Shown piece after piece: positions 1 through 12,151 of a stretch of DNA of 64,000 bases. Under the pieces are notes generated by a model. The model was not told the DNA's origin. It worked only from the letters and a program-made list of their open reading frames with translations, and ran no database searches. Made by a program: the position numbers and the translations under genes. The stretch's first letter is position 1. Every line of letters begins with the position of its first letter. The stretch is taken from NCBI GenBank assembly GCA_964106915.2, contig OZ066922.1. One strand, written 5' to 3'. The stretch is from Podarcis gaigeae (taxonomy: Eukaryota).

Positions 1-1074
1 CATGTTCACCTGGTGAGCAGAGAGTTATAGGATCTGGCTGGTAACAGGCATACTCAGCCAAAGTCCTGCAGTACACTTTAAACCACTGGTCGGGCTGTTT
101 GCAAAAGGGCTTTCAAATATCCCTTCATGGTGCTTTGAAGTCCCAAAAGTGCAGGCTTCAAAGCACAATGCTACCTGATGCCCCAATGACATCAGGTGAT
201 TGACAAGTGGACAGCACTACTCACATGTCAAATTACACCCTCCAGAGGTGGGGAGATAAGGATTTGGTCTACCAGTCAGAAAAATGTCCCCAACCCACTT
301 TAGAAACTAACCAGAGTTTGTTTTAAGCTCCAATCTCTAGTTGATCAGTAATGTCAGGTTTCTTTAACACTGGAAGTAAATACTAGCAAAAGTGTTCTCA
401 GGCTGTCCAGCAGAAGCTGAAGGGGTGAAGCAAGAGCCTTTGTTTGAGTTTGTATACATAGTGCTAAACCACAATTTTACTTTTGCATGTGAACCAGCTC
501 ACTGTGTTTACATCTCTTTCAACTAAATACTGAACCTTATGTTTCTTTCAGCATGGTTCTTCCATATACCGTTTAGATTAAAATATAATTTTGCTGCTTT
601 GCCATCTCCACTTTAATTTTACCAAATCAGACTGTTTTTAACATTCAACGCAGTAAAGTTCTAATGTTTACACCTTTGCTACAAACATTACATGGCCCTG
701 CACTTGACTCAATATTAAGTTAAAATCCTGAGAGCATTGATGTGCTGCAGAGGAAGTGCAAACTTTACAGCTTTTTAGTCTACAAAGTATTTGAAGACAT
801 CTTGGATTTTACACCAAAAGAAGAATTCTGCCCATAGAAAATCCTCCCTCTCAGAACCAAGATATACACCACATAAAAACAATCAATAAATGATTGGATG
901 AGCTGCCAGCACTTCCGACATATGAACAAGAAACAAAGCCAGAAACACTTCTGAGCTCAGGGCTGGATAAAAGTACATGCCCTCTCTTGCACCTGCATAA
1001 CTGTTCTGGATGCAAAAGCACTTATGGAAACGAACCCTTAACTTATTATTTTCAAAATGTTATAAGATGTTTAC

Positions 1075-1380
1075 CATCCTCCTCTGTGGAAAACCCTTGA
1101 GACTGATAGTGAACCAGATGTGGGTCTGACTCATTTGGTTTGTGCCACTGAGGTTTGCCCACAGGCCTGCTAGATGGAGGACCCTGCGGTTGCTGCTGTG
1201 AAGCTGAAGTCCCAGGGGCTTCACTTGACCGTGCCACCATCCTAGACCTCTGAAGTGCCACGTTGTAATCCGGAGGTTTTCGGGCTGGGTGGGAAACTCC
1301 TTCAGCAAAGTCAGCAATAGGTATTCCTACATAACCAGGCGGGGTTGGTGGTGGTTCACGATAGCGGCCCTCTTTTCGAG
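1075..1380 (-). CDS. RAPGEF2: RAPGEF2 penultimate coding exon (PY motifs PPGY, PPDY)
   Basis: 306 nt; cag|CTCGAAAA...GAGGATG|gtaaa; [19 protein letters not shown]...[13 protein letters not shown]...STEED. Confidence 0.96.
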
Positions 1381-2907
1381 CTGCAGTAAAATAGTGCATC
1401 ATCAGCAATGATAATCATTTACATATATTTGTTACAACTACTATCTATGCCTGTACTTAGTTCTATTATGTCATAATCTTGGTAGCTCTGATGTGCTTCC
1501 AAGGGAGTTGAACAACTTGGCATTAAAAACAACCACAGTATGGACATGAGGCAGCCCAAAAGTAAAGGCATTTACATTTCACTGAGTCCAAATGGGAGTT
1601 GAGCACATTGTTAAAACTTTCCCATTCAAATCAATGGAATCTAAAACTGTTTAATTCTGGCTGGATTATACAGGCACAGCCATACCAAATACCTATACAC
1701 CTACATTATTAATTTTATATATATTATGCAATTAAAAACATAGACATAAGCAAAGCTACAAAGAAAAACAAGTGAAATAGAAGATAACTAATACAAAACC
1801 TGAGCCAATTATAGAAAGCAGCTTGTGATAACACTTAAATTATGTATATAGGGCATGGTGACATCTTGAAAAAGAATCTCAAACTTAGATTTGTAAAGAA
1901 CACAGTTGATAAAAAGACACTGTGAAGCATAGACAATATATGACTGTGCTTTCATCTTCTAGCAAAAAAAGAGAAATAGCACTAACCCACTTTGCATATT
2001 GAAGTATATACAGTTCTCTCACTTGAGGTGATATTCTGACAAGATTCATGTTTTGCCTAATTCTCTCAGCATAGTTAAATAAAAATAAAAAGTATTTATA
2101 GTTCAAATAATATTGTGCTCAGGTTCAGAGTTCTGTACTCCTTCCTTACGCATCATTAATATACTTTTAAATGCCTATATTTTCTTTCCAATGTCTATAT
2201 TTTCTTTCCAAAAAGAAGTTATCCAAGATGGTTCACAAAACAACATAAAGAATAAATACATGAATTAGCTGTAATAAGTGAGAAGGAATCTTAAAATCCA
2301 GGAAGTAAAATATTTAAGATAAGCCAAAGAAATGTGCTCCCTATTATTGGGGGGGGGGGGTGGCAAAAATACACAACGACTTAAAAGTGAGGGCAGGAAG
2401 ATCATTATGTGATCATGTAATCGTGTAGCCCAGGGATGTGAATTTCAGGACAAGGGACTAAATGCAGTCCTTTGGACCACTCTAGTCGACCCTTGGCCAC
2501 ACACCTCACTGGTTCTGCTCCATACCCATCCTCTGAATGCCTTTTCCTGGTTGGAATATGAACTGTGATCATGTTTCTTGCTTGCCAAAATGGAGGATGG
2601 AGAGAAATCTCTCTGTCTGCATCTGCATGCATACATGTTTGTGTAAAAATGAAGTAGCCACTGTTATTGATTACTGAATCATTTTGGTTTGTGCATATAA
2701 CTGATGAGTGCTCGAAACGTCACAGAGAAAGAATAGTGTGAAGTCAAGAATATATCCCAGGGACTGCCAGTCTGTTTAGCCAGTGTCAGGGGGACATTTA
2801 CCCTTTCCCATATTTCTGTTGAAGGTTGTGGGGTTCCCCTTGTCATTCTACACACAAAAATCTGTGACATATACAAACTGGCATAAAAAAGTGTGCTGTC
2901 AGGAAAG

Positions 2908-3097
2908 AAACATAGGAAACAGTCTGCATTTCCTAAGGCAGGTTATTTGCCCATCCAGTTCAGTTTTATTGCTAACTGGCAGCAGCTCTCCAGGGTTTCA
3001 GACAGGAGTCTTTTGTCAGCCCAGAAGATGCCGACAACTGAACCTGGACCTTTTGCATGCAATGCAGTGCTCCACTCCAGATCTACAGCCCTTTCCC
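2908..3097 (-). mobile_element. tRNA-derived squamate SINE (Squam3-like), diverged
   Basis: Reverse complement resembles the copy at 11455-11653 (tRNA-like head, CCTATGTT tail). Confidence 0.7.
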
Positions 3098-3634
3098 ATT
3101 TATATCCTGAAATCCTATAGCAAGATTTATTCAAATCCTTTCATCTCCTGCTCTGTAACACCAGCATCTTCACCTTTTTATATCCCTAGACAAGTTTAAA
3201 TCTGCATTAGTGATTAAGGCATAGAAGAAAATTGTGCTAAACAACTGCATGGAGGTATAGGGCAAAGCACACTAGGGCTATATTACTAACATACACACAG
3301 AGAGAAAACTGTACCCTCATATTAGAAGACATTGGCCTAAGCATGTTAACAAACTAGAAAGCAAAAGAAAACAAGAGTTTATGTTAATGACTGAAATGTG
3401 GGCAGTTCTGAGGCAAGATAAAAAAAAAGTAACTAAAAAATAACAATGGAATATCTGCAGGAGGAAGCATCACTTCAGCACAAAAGGCTTTACTGAAAAA
3501 GCAAAACACAAGTTAAGACTATGAGCTGGCTATATGTTTTGCTTAAAAAAAGATTAAGGAAAAATATTTGTAAAATAAATTCATATTTATAGCAAATATG
3601 TAGGATACTTTGTGGTAGACAAAGGTAAACTTAC

Positions 3635-4194
3635 CAATAAGACCCTTTGTATTACTTGTTGACACAGCTATATGAGCTGGCATGGGAACTGGCTTTGAAT
3701 CCTCTGCTGTCATAGATGTTATGCTACTGGTTTCAGCTTCAATTGACACATCCTTCCCACCCCTCCGTTTTATGGTACCTGTATCACCTTCAGAGTCCTC
3801 TCCCCAGTAGCCTGTGGAGGATGCCCAGCTTGCTCTGGACTGTGCTTGATCAAGGCCCTCCCTACCTTGACTCTGCCTGCCATACTTTGTGCCATGATCG
3901 GAGAACATCATCGGGTCCATGTGGCTGCCTGAGGCCCACAGTCCTGCCCCATCGCCTGAACTATCGAAATGAGCATGTCCAAAAGGAAGAATCTCCCAAC
4001 TTCGCTGGTGCTGTATTGTCTGTATGTTGTCATGGGAACCACTTGAACAAGAAGTCCAGCTGCCACGGCCACTATCCGCTGCATCAAGTGATGCTCGATC
4101 TCCCTGATCCTGTGACAGCTCTTCAGTGCTAGGAGAAGAAAGCATGGTTGCCCCAGCATACAAGCCTCTGTTCTCTGACAGTGGTGGGTAGTAG
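3635..4194 (-). CDS. RAPGEF2: RAPGEF2 coding exon (Ser-rich C-terminal region with DSGRGS degron-type motif)
   Basis: 560 nt; tag|CTACTAC...CTTATTG|gtaag; [30 protein letters not shown]...TKGLI. Confidence 0.96.
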
Positions 4195-5294
4195 CTAGAA
4201 GAACACAGGAACAAAATAATTAATAGGCATAAAGCAACAATGTTGCCACTAGCAATTAGAATATCAAACCGCAGTAACAATTTGCACAAAGCATTTTGTT
4301 CAATTTGTAGTACAGAACAGTTAACTCTAAAGACGTCTGTGCTCAAATTCACATGCTTCAATAGCTGTCAAATATACGTCTAATGAAATTATTGTGATAT
4401 TGTGCACCAACTGAACACTAGATCAGAAGTGTCATTGGGTGTTTTTCAAAGATTTTTCAAATTGTGAATCTGGTAAGAGTATTAGGAGCATGCATTTTTC
4501 CCATTCTTCCCCTAAAATCTCTTGGAGATGCAGGTATATCATCTAATACTTATCAAAATAATTGGGGAAAAGATTTAGGACATTAGTCACTAAACACTAT
4601 CTGGAATTGGATATGACAAAAATGTCCCTCAACAAAAAATCAGTGTACATTTAAATGAAACTTTTTACAAGTTCATTTTTCATTGGTGCTTAGAGGTCTC
4701 TTGGTGTCTTAAATGGTGAATTCAGCCCTTTAATATTTAGTGAAAGAATTTGCATTGTATTCATTCTGTGGTAGTTGAAATATCTGGGTGCATATTAGCT
4801 AGGATTTTAAACAGATTTCCAATTAAATGTCTCTCCTATCCTGTAAGTTGCAGCTTCTTTTAAACTAATAAATGTAACTGAGATTTCTCTCAAGCATTCA
4901 CTAAACACCAACTCAAAAACTCGGGACCATTCTATTTTTAGATCCTATTCTAAAAGACACCTCAGTCCAAGCTGATCAAAGTTTGTACAAATGTATATAA
5001 TTACACAAGCGTTCTTTTAAGAACACTACTAGGTTTCTCCTCACCATTCCTTCTGGAAGACCCCTACATTTTAAAATAAATAACAGGATATTTTGGAAAG
5101 ATTGGGACAAGAAAGCATTATGCATTATGGGACACAGGTTTGCAGTGCTTTGCTTTTCCTTTAAAGGCAGAGTCACTCAAGTGATGCCTTGTAACAGAAT
5201 CCATGTTCCTAAAATCTGCTCATGAGATAAAAAACATCTACAGCTCTAGAGTAGGCTTTTAATAAATGTAATTACACTGATATGTACTACCTAC

Positions 5295-5520
5295 CCTATA
5301 CTGTACTGATCTGGTTCAATTATGGCTCTTCGGTCAATCCTGCCCACTCCAAGATTAGTCTCCACAATGCTGACGGAGTGCCTCTGTCTCCTGTCATCAT
5401 GTAGTGATACTGGCATGGAGTCAAATGAAGAATTGCTGACAATGCTGGATCTGGAAGAAATTTCACTGTGACCAGAGTCTGAAAAGTTATCCACGGTACC
5501 ACTGGGAGCCAGAGTATAAC
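5295..5520 (-). CDS. RAPGEF2: RAPGEF2 coding exon
   Basis: 226 nt; cag|GTTATACT...ATAGG|gtagg; [25 protein letters not shown]... Confidence 0.95.
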
Positions 5521-6269
5521 CTGTACAGGGAAAAGTGATTATAACCATTTTCATCATAAAATTTTCAGCATTTGTATAAATATTCAAATTATGCAGCCCC
5601 TGTACCAAAATTACTTTTTAAATTGTTGTTGTTTTAAATCTGAGAACAAATAATTTATAAGGGGGTATTTATAGTATCATCTTATTTTTAAGAGAGAATT
5701 TGGGGAGAGAAAACATTAACAGAGGATAATTTAAAGATATAAAAAAAATACTTGCAGTTTCAATATCTAACTAACATGATTCAAATAGGTTCTACACTGT
5801 ATGCCTTTGCCATCCATTGGGATAGAATTTGAATAGAGAAAACCAACCGTATCCCTGGACAAAGCCCACAGCAATCCAATTATAGGAATCTAATTTTGCT
5901 TAAAGTGAAATAAATTTGGGGGATGGGGCGTGCTGCCACACATATGAACAATAGTAAACATGCCTGGTTCCACAGCCAGGATTGATGCATATGGGAAACA
6001 TAAATGTGGTCTCATTTGTAAAGGAAGCTTCATCATAATTCCAAAAAGAAAATACTTTGCATGAAGATTTTTATTCCACACAAATTGTCTTCATCGTGAT
6101 ACCCATATACATTTCTACCCATCCTTGATACTGTGGGAGGCTGCACACATGAATAGTTTCAGCAAATAGGGCTGAACAACTAATATTTAACAACATTATG
6201 GTTCTTGGCACTTGGATATGTGGATCGTTAGGCTACTTTATCTCCTTCCCCAACTGCATCTGGGAAGGC

Positions 6270-6450
6270 AGGAACATAGGTTGTGCTGAGTTAGGCTGCA
6301 GGTTCATTTAGCTCAGTATGCCTACACTCAGTATTGACTTGTACTCAGTATTGACTTGCATCAGGATTTCTGACAAAAAATGCTCTAGCTTGCATACTTA
6401 GAATGTGACAACTTTGTGCTTTTAGAAAATGTCTGCCCATGCTAAACCAC
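6270..6450 (-). mobile_element. Decayed Squam3-like SINE fragment
   Basis: GGAACATAGG...TTTAGCTCAGTATGCCTACACT resembles the reverse complement of the SINE 3' half; boundaries approximate. Confidence 0.4.
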
Positions 6451-6556
6451 AACTGACTACATATTTGGCATCTTAACTAGGTTCAAACAGTTATCACTAA
6501 CAATTACAAGAGAGGAGAACTTGTGAGAGGTGAGGAGTATTTAGACCCTGGCATAC

Positions 6557-6709
6557 TTTTCCTTGGAGAGCTCTGTGGCGAGGTGGGAGGAGAAGATAAC
6601 TGTGAAGACGCATTTGAAATTGTGTCCTCTGCTTGTTTCTTATGACGATCCAAGCTTCCCTCTTCAGAGAGTGAAAGAATTTTCTTTAAAGCTTGTGGAG
6701 AGTTTATGC
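6557..6709 (-). CDS. RAPGEF2: RAPGEF2 coding exon
   Basis: 153 nt; gaag|GCATAAAC...AGGAAAA|gtatgc; [17 protein letters not shown]...SPQSSPRK. Confidence 0.94.
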
Positions 6710-7856
6710 CTTCAATAAAGAAGAAATAACACATCTGATATAAATGCATGCACTTTTTCTTGCATATTCAAATGAGGCCATTCCATGGACCACTGATACT
6801 ACCATTACTATGATATTTTAGCCCACCCTTCTTTTGCAGATCTGAAGGCAGTGTACATTACACGCCCACATTTATTATCACAACCCCCAGTAAGGTTATA
6901 CTCCAGCCACTCTCCACACCAACGTACAATTTATTCTAAGAAAATTATATGCAATTAATAAAAACAAATTTAAACATAACTATTCAGCCCAAGTAAAATG
7001 TTGATTAGACCAATGTTTCTGTTTTACATTCACTTGGAAAATGTGTTTGGTTCTTAGTTCTCAGCCATTCATGGGAAAAAAATTGACTACAGCTAGTATC
7101 CCAGGTTATCTCCTCCCTCAGGCCTGCAACTGAGACAGAAACCTGCAGCTTAAACATGTCTGAAGTGCCATTAAATTTAGAAGGTAAATGGCTACCTCAC
7201 TGTTTCCATGGTGTTATATATATAAAATCTATGTCTTCAAAGTAAGTATAAATGAAAAGTAGAGTTAAAGAAAATATAGACTCAACAGACATTGATCACA
7301 ATATCAGGAACCATGGTTAAAATTGGATAGGTGTAAAAATGTGCAGTGGATGTCATCTGCTTCAGAGTGCTGTCAAGACTGGGCTTGCATTAGCAGACCC
7401 CAACATAGGAAGAAGAGGAAGATTGCTGGGGACTAGAATCAGAGGTGGGAGGGAGGGGCTCTCTAGCAACTGTCAGCTCCCTTAGCACACTACAGTTCCC
7501 AGGATTCTTTGGGGGAGGAATGACTTTTTAAAGTGGGATGATACTGCGTTAAATGCAAACTATAGATGAGACTTTCGTGTGATCTCTAACATTGATTCTG
7601 TTACACTTTTTAACTGAACCTTCCATTTCCAAAACACAACAGTAATAACAATGTATTAGAACCTGTGTTTTCTGCACCTTTGCTTGCAGTTGCTCAAGAT
7701 GCATACCTGTCATTTGTGAAAATACAATCCTAAAACATGTAACTTCCACTAGTAATTTGAAAACATTGTGTGTGTTTTAATGCTCTTGAGAATTTGTTTA
7801 ACCATTATTAACATAAAATTGTTTTTCTACTGAACAGAACAACCCGCAATACTTAC

Positions 7857-8042
7857 CAAAGGGTGGAAGGTCTTTGACTGGTACTTTCTTACGAGAGGGA
7901 TAAAGTGATACAGCAGGGACCTGCAGTGCTTGGTTTGCTTTGTGCTGCTGTTGCTGCTGCACTTTCTGCTGGATCCCTGACCTATGTGCGACTGGGGATG
8001 TTTCAGGTTTTCCAGACCGTTTTTCCCCTGGAGTCTTGGGTA
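7857..8042 (-). CDS. RAPGEF2: RAPGEF2 coding exon (Gln-rich linker)
   Basis: 186 nt, absent from the ORF track; aaag|TACCCAAG...CCCTTTG|gtaagt; [20 protein letters not shown]...[23 protein letters not shown]. Confidence 0.94.
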
Positions 8043-8503
8043 CTTTAAATAAAAAGCAGAATTAAGATTACAGTTAAGACTACCTGAAGAGTACTTGATT
8101 TTATATTAAACGGTGTCCGGAAGAATGATCAGTGATGGAAAAGAGATACCCTCTCTTGGTTGAAAAACCTTGGAATTCTTTAGTCCTCTCATTCAGCTGT
8201 AATATACTACCACAAACTATAGTAAAATGATGCCCTAATCAGCAGTTGGAGAGCCAATTAGGTAATGTATGCCATTTAAGAAACAAGTACCACATATGCC
8301 AACTGTAATATTGTCTACAATTTGCAGTGGCATGGAATAACTTGTTTTCTAGTGATCAGCTTGATTAGAAACACATACTTCTCTCAATGATGCTGTGGCC
8401 AAGCCTAAGCCTGAGGGACAGTTAAGCTGTAGGCTAAATAAAGATAAATTAACAGCTCATTTGCCATGACTGAGGTGCACACCCAACTAAGAAAAATGCT
8501 CAC

Positions 8504-8727
8504 ATGTATTGCTGGCTGGTTCACATTGTAGAGAGAGTGCCTGAAGGCTCTCTTCATCCATTTCCAGATCCAAATTGGAGAGATACTGCTTGACTTTCCG
8601 AGCCATCTGAGCATCTTCATATAGCTTTTTGGCATTGAGGAAGGAGCTGCGGCGGACCCGCTTTTTATGTCCACCTGTTTGTGCAACATCAAGGACTGCT
8701 GCATTTGTACTGCCTTGACTGAGAGAC
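8504..8727 (-). CDS. RAPGEF2: RAPGEF2 coding exon (end of RasGEF region)
   Basis: 224 nt; cag|GTCTCTC...AATACAT|gtgag; [52 protein letters not shown]... Confidence 0.95.
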
Positions 8728-9996
8728 CTGGGGTGAAGAAAGACAAGATGACATGTAACTTAGCTCATCGCTGCATCCTTCAATGACTTGAAACATGCAA
8801 AGGTCTGCATGAATGTCAGTCTATGGTCAAAGCTTACATGCCTCATTCAAGTAAGTCATACAGCTACAATAGGAAAAGGGTAAAAATAAAGAACAACAAT
8901 CAGTTGCAATTGTGAATATGGATTCATTAAAGTCAGCCCCTGAGAATGACTCTGCTCCAAGTATGAAATTCCATGTCATTGGGAAAATGGTTAAACTCTC
9001 TCCCAGTAGCCTTGAGTATTACAAGGACAGAAATATTAAGGCAGGCTCATGCAGCATGGTGTCTCAGACCAGTAAACAGTGGTCAAGCCTCCTGAAACTC
9101 AAAATCCACTACTCTCAAAATCAGGCAGGAAATGTCCACTTTGTACTTTTCAGGTGTCTCTATTAAAACACTTAATTCCATCTGCAATGTGCCAAAAAGT
9201 CTACTGCATTTTCATTTCCCCACTTCCCTCTCCTTAAAAAGGACTTCATGTTAAATAAAAACGTTCAATTAGTTAATGAGGAAGCATGCAAATTTGGATG
9301 TGTTTATGTATGGGAGCTATTTTGCTTCTAATATGTTAACAGCAATAATGAAGGCTGGTTTGTAGAAAGAAAATTTAGTTAGTTGAGCTGTTAAAAATCA
9401 CAACATTGGAATAAAATTTGTGGATTTGGATGGTTCTATTAACTTGTATAAATTTACTGCTTATTTTTATCTGAACCACCATCATGTAACCCCATTTTGG
9501 TATACTCTTCCCATTAAGACTGGTTATTTATGTACATATGTTAGGGATAATGCAAGCTGAGAGGCTAATCTGCATAACAGCCAGCCATTGTGCACATTCA
9601 TCATGACTCATGGAGAATGTGCACCTCAACTGTCCATAAAGATAAAATTGTGCATATTTCCTGGCCGATATGCGTACTCTCAAAAACATGCCTCATTTTT
9701 CTCAGCATCATTTTTTACATTCTTTGAGCAATATGCATGTTATCCTGTCACTAGATATACTCTACAATAGTATGTCCTCTTTTCCATGCTGCTCAGCTGT
9801 TCTGCACAACCAACTGACTCTGGCATCTCTTCTCCACAACCCAGCTGTTTCCCCACTGTTCAGCGATGTTAATGGATACATGGGAGGTGAGTGTATGCAA
9901 ATGGACTGGGAGCTGAGGGGTGTATGTGTTAATTCATTCACACAGACGTTCCCAGTGTCTTTATGCAGGATGGAAAGACAGGTAGAAGTAGAGGGG

Positions 9997-9997
9997 T

Positions 9998-10065
<68 letters not shown>
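9997..10065. repeat. Compound microsatellite (TG)~13(AG)~21
   Basis: Directly visible. Confidence 0.97.
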
Positions 10066-10067
<2 letters not shown>

Positions 10068-10620
10068 CACCCACACTTTATTCCTTACACCTTACACTCT
10101 TATGCATCCAAACACATATATTGTTGTATATATGTATGTAGTGCTTGTGTTGGAACAGTGTCCCCTGTGAATTCTGTGTGAATATTCCCAAAGAATGTGG
10201 GGAAAAACCTGTCATGATATGCACATTCCTTGAGGTCTGCTAGAGAATATGTATACTTGCTGGATAATGTACAAAATGTTGTTGAGATATGCTTATTCCT
10301 TAAGACCACATAGAAAAATCTTTTGCATGGACAAATTATGTCCACTCAACTCACATTATCCCTAACATATATGAGGCAATTTTATGAATTCTAGATCAAA
10401 CCAATGAATCTCACTGCTTTGCACTTCTTTAACGTTTCACAGCTCTTGGGTTTATAACCTTAAGCAAAAGCAGCACTGGATTAAATCTGATGCAGGTACA
10501 GAAAGGTTAACAAAAGGAGGAAAATGACAGAGCACCAGAAAATTAAGGGAAGCAGGTAGGAAACAATGCAGATTTTCAGAAAAGGAAGTTTGTCTGTAGG
10601 TGTTCTCTCCAACCACTTAC

Positions 10621-10644
10621 CCCAAACTCCTCCACTTCTTCTTC
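10621..10644 (-). CDS. RAPGEF2: RAPGEF2 24-nt microexon (KKKWRSLG)
   Basis: ttgcag|GAAGAAGAAGTGGAGGAGTTTGGG|gtaagt; matches the familiar FRTRKKKWRSLGSLSQG of vertebrate RAPGEF2. Confidence 0.93.
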
Positions 10645-11226
10645 CTGCAAGTGAGAGCCATGAGTATTGAAGCATGGATTTAAGGAAGAGACAGAGAGAT
10701 TATAAGCTCAGAAAGAAAGGATCAGACTTCAGGACAAGCAGTACCAGAAAGCCCAGAACAGCCTTCTCTCAATCAGTCAGCATAATACATTAAATAGGTG
10801 TCTATAGAGTGCCCATAAGATTAAAGCTCATTTCACATTCAACTGAATTCACCTTGGATTACTTACACCTTTAGCGTAAAATAGTGTTCTAAAATCTGGA
10901 GTGAATTTTGTTTCTGTCCTCTTTCTGCTTTTCAGCTTTCACATAATATAATTTCCTTTTAAAACATTTATTCATTCAATATGCATTTCCTATACATTGA
11001 ACCAAAGGGGATATTTTAACTATCCCAACTGATTCAATGCAAACTCTGCTTATATCTATTTTATCTAAGTAAGAATAAGACTAGTGATTAAATATCTATT
11101 ATTTCTCTTGTTCTCCATGACCTTTAAACAATGAACGTAACATAAATTACGCAATGACAGGCAAGAGCCATTTCCATCTGTACTGCCTTTTCCTGATGGG
11201 GGCATTTGATTGGTTGCAACACTTAC

Positions 11227-11232
11227 CCACCC
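11227..11232 (-). CDS. RAPGEF2: Candidate 6-nt microexon (adds two Gly)
   Basis: tgtgcaaattaactgattcacag|GGGTGG|gtaagt; consensus donor, frame-preserving, ~60-nt AG-free zone upstream. Confidence 0.45.
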
Positions 11233-11454
11233 CTGTGAATCAGTTAATTTGCACAACATTATAATTACAGACCAGACAAGAGGGGAAATGTATTACTTGA
11301 ATATTTCTTAAAACTCAAAACTTGCAAAACAATGGCTTCAGTATAGCAAGTGTATGCGTCATAATTATTATAATAGTTTAAGTTATACTATGAGATTTCT
11401 GAAGCATTCTTCAACACTGAACTCTTGAACTGCTTTTCTTGTTAATTGCTTTTT

Positions 11455-11653
11455 GGGGAAAGGTCTGTAGCTCAGTGGTAGATCATCTGCTTTGCATGCA
11501 GAAAGCCCCAGGTCCAATCCTTGGCACTGACAGGCAGGGTTGGGAAGAGAGCCCTGCCTAAAATACTGGACAGCCACTGCTAGTCAGTGTAGGCAGTTCT
11601 AAGCTAGATAGACCAATGGTCTGACTCATACTGAGGCAGCCTCCTATGTGTTC
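11455..11653 (+). mobile_element. tRNA-derived squamate SINE (Squam3-like), near full length
   Basis: A-box-like TAGCTCAGTGG, B-box-like GGTCCAATCC, 3' end CTAGATAGACCAATGGTCTGACTC...GGCAGCCTCCTATG. Confidence 0.85.
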
Positions 11654-12142
11654 ATATGAGTTTAAAAGGAAACATGGTTATCTTATTTAGAACTCACTAT
11701 TGGCACAAAAGCCCAAATAACTTGTAATGCAAGAACAAAATACATATCTAAGATCAAAACAAATCTCATGTATGTTTGTGTTTGAATTCATTTGTGTTAG
11801 CAGTATATTTGTAATAGTAGAATATCCTTCATGAATGCACATATGTAGAAATCAAACAAAACCATTGTAAGAAAAAGTGTTGCGTAGAATGGTGAGGAAG
11901 AATCAAATTCTGGGTAAAAAGCAAGCAGGGTCTACTTGCTATGATTGGGCAATGCTCATTTGTCATGAACTTTAGGAAGCTTGGCGTAGATATCAAGAAG
12001 ACAACACAGATGAAATGTGTTACTCATCTTGCTGAAAAGACAACTGCTTACTTTCAGGCTGATATATAAAGAGAATATCTGATTGCTGTCAAATAACTTG
12101 CAGCTAATTAGCTGGAGAAATAAAGACAATTCTATGTCTTAC

Positions 12143-12151
12143 CCTTGTTCT
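12143..12151 (-). CDS. RAPGEF2: Candidate 9-nt microexon (adds EQG)
   Basis: ggctaatgtttaatgcttgcattcag|AGAACAAGG|gtaaga; CTAAT branch point, two TGC motifs, frame-preserving. Confidence 0.55.

Noticed and set aside
1-1074. Search for the terminal RAPGEF2 exon with the PDZ-binding VSAV end
   Set aside because: No matching sequence found; it probably lies beyond the window edge
3543-4361. 272-aa ORF with hydrophobic ends as a stand-alone membrane protein
   Set aside because: It is exon 3635-4194 read through AT-rich intron on both sides
9670-10181. ORFs with CVCV, ERER and SLSL runs
   Set aside because: Microsatellite translations with no coding support
10861-10890. GT|gtaagt donor with upstream ttttag acceptor (22 nt)
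   Set aside because: Not a multiple of 3, poor pyrimidine tract, nearby competing AG
11455-11530. tRNA-like sequence
   Set aside because: It is the head of a Squam3-like SINE with a degenerate B box, not a tRNA gene
12052-12058. 7-nt cag|CCTGAAA|gtaagc pseudo-microexon
   Set aside because: Frameshifting, AG-free zone only ~18 nt, no proximal TGC; it shows such patterns can arise by chance, so the 6- and 9-nt calls need RNA evidence
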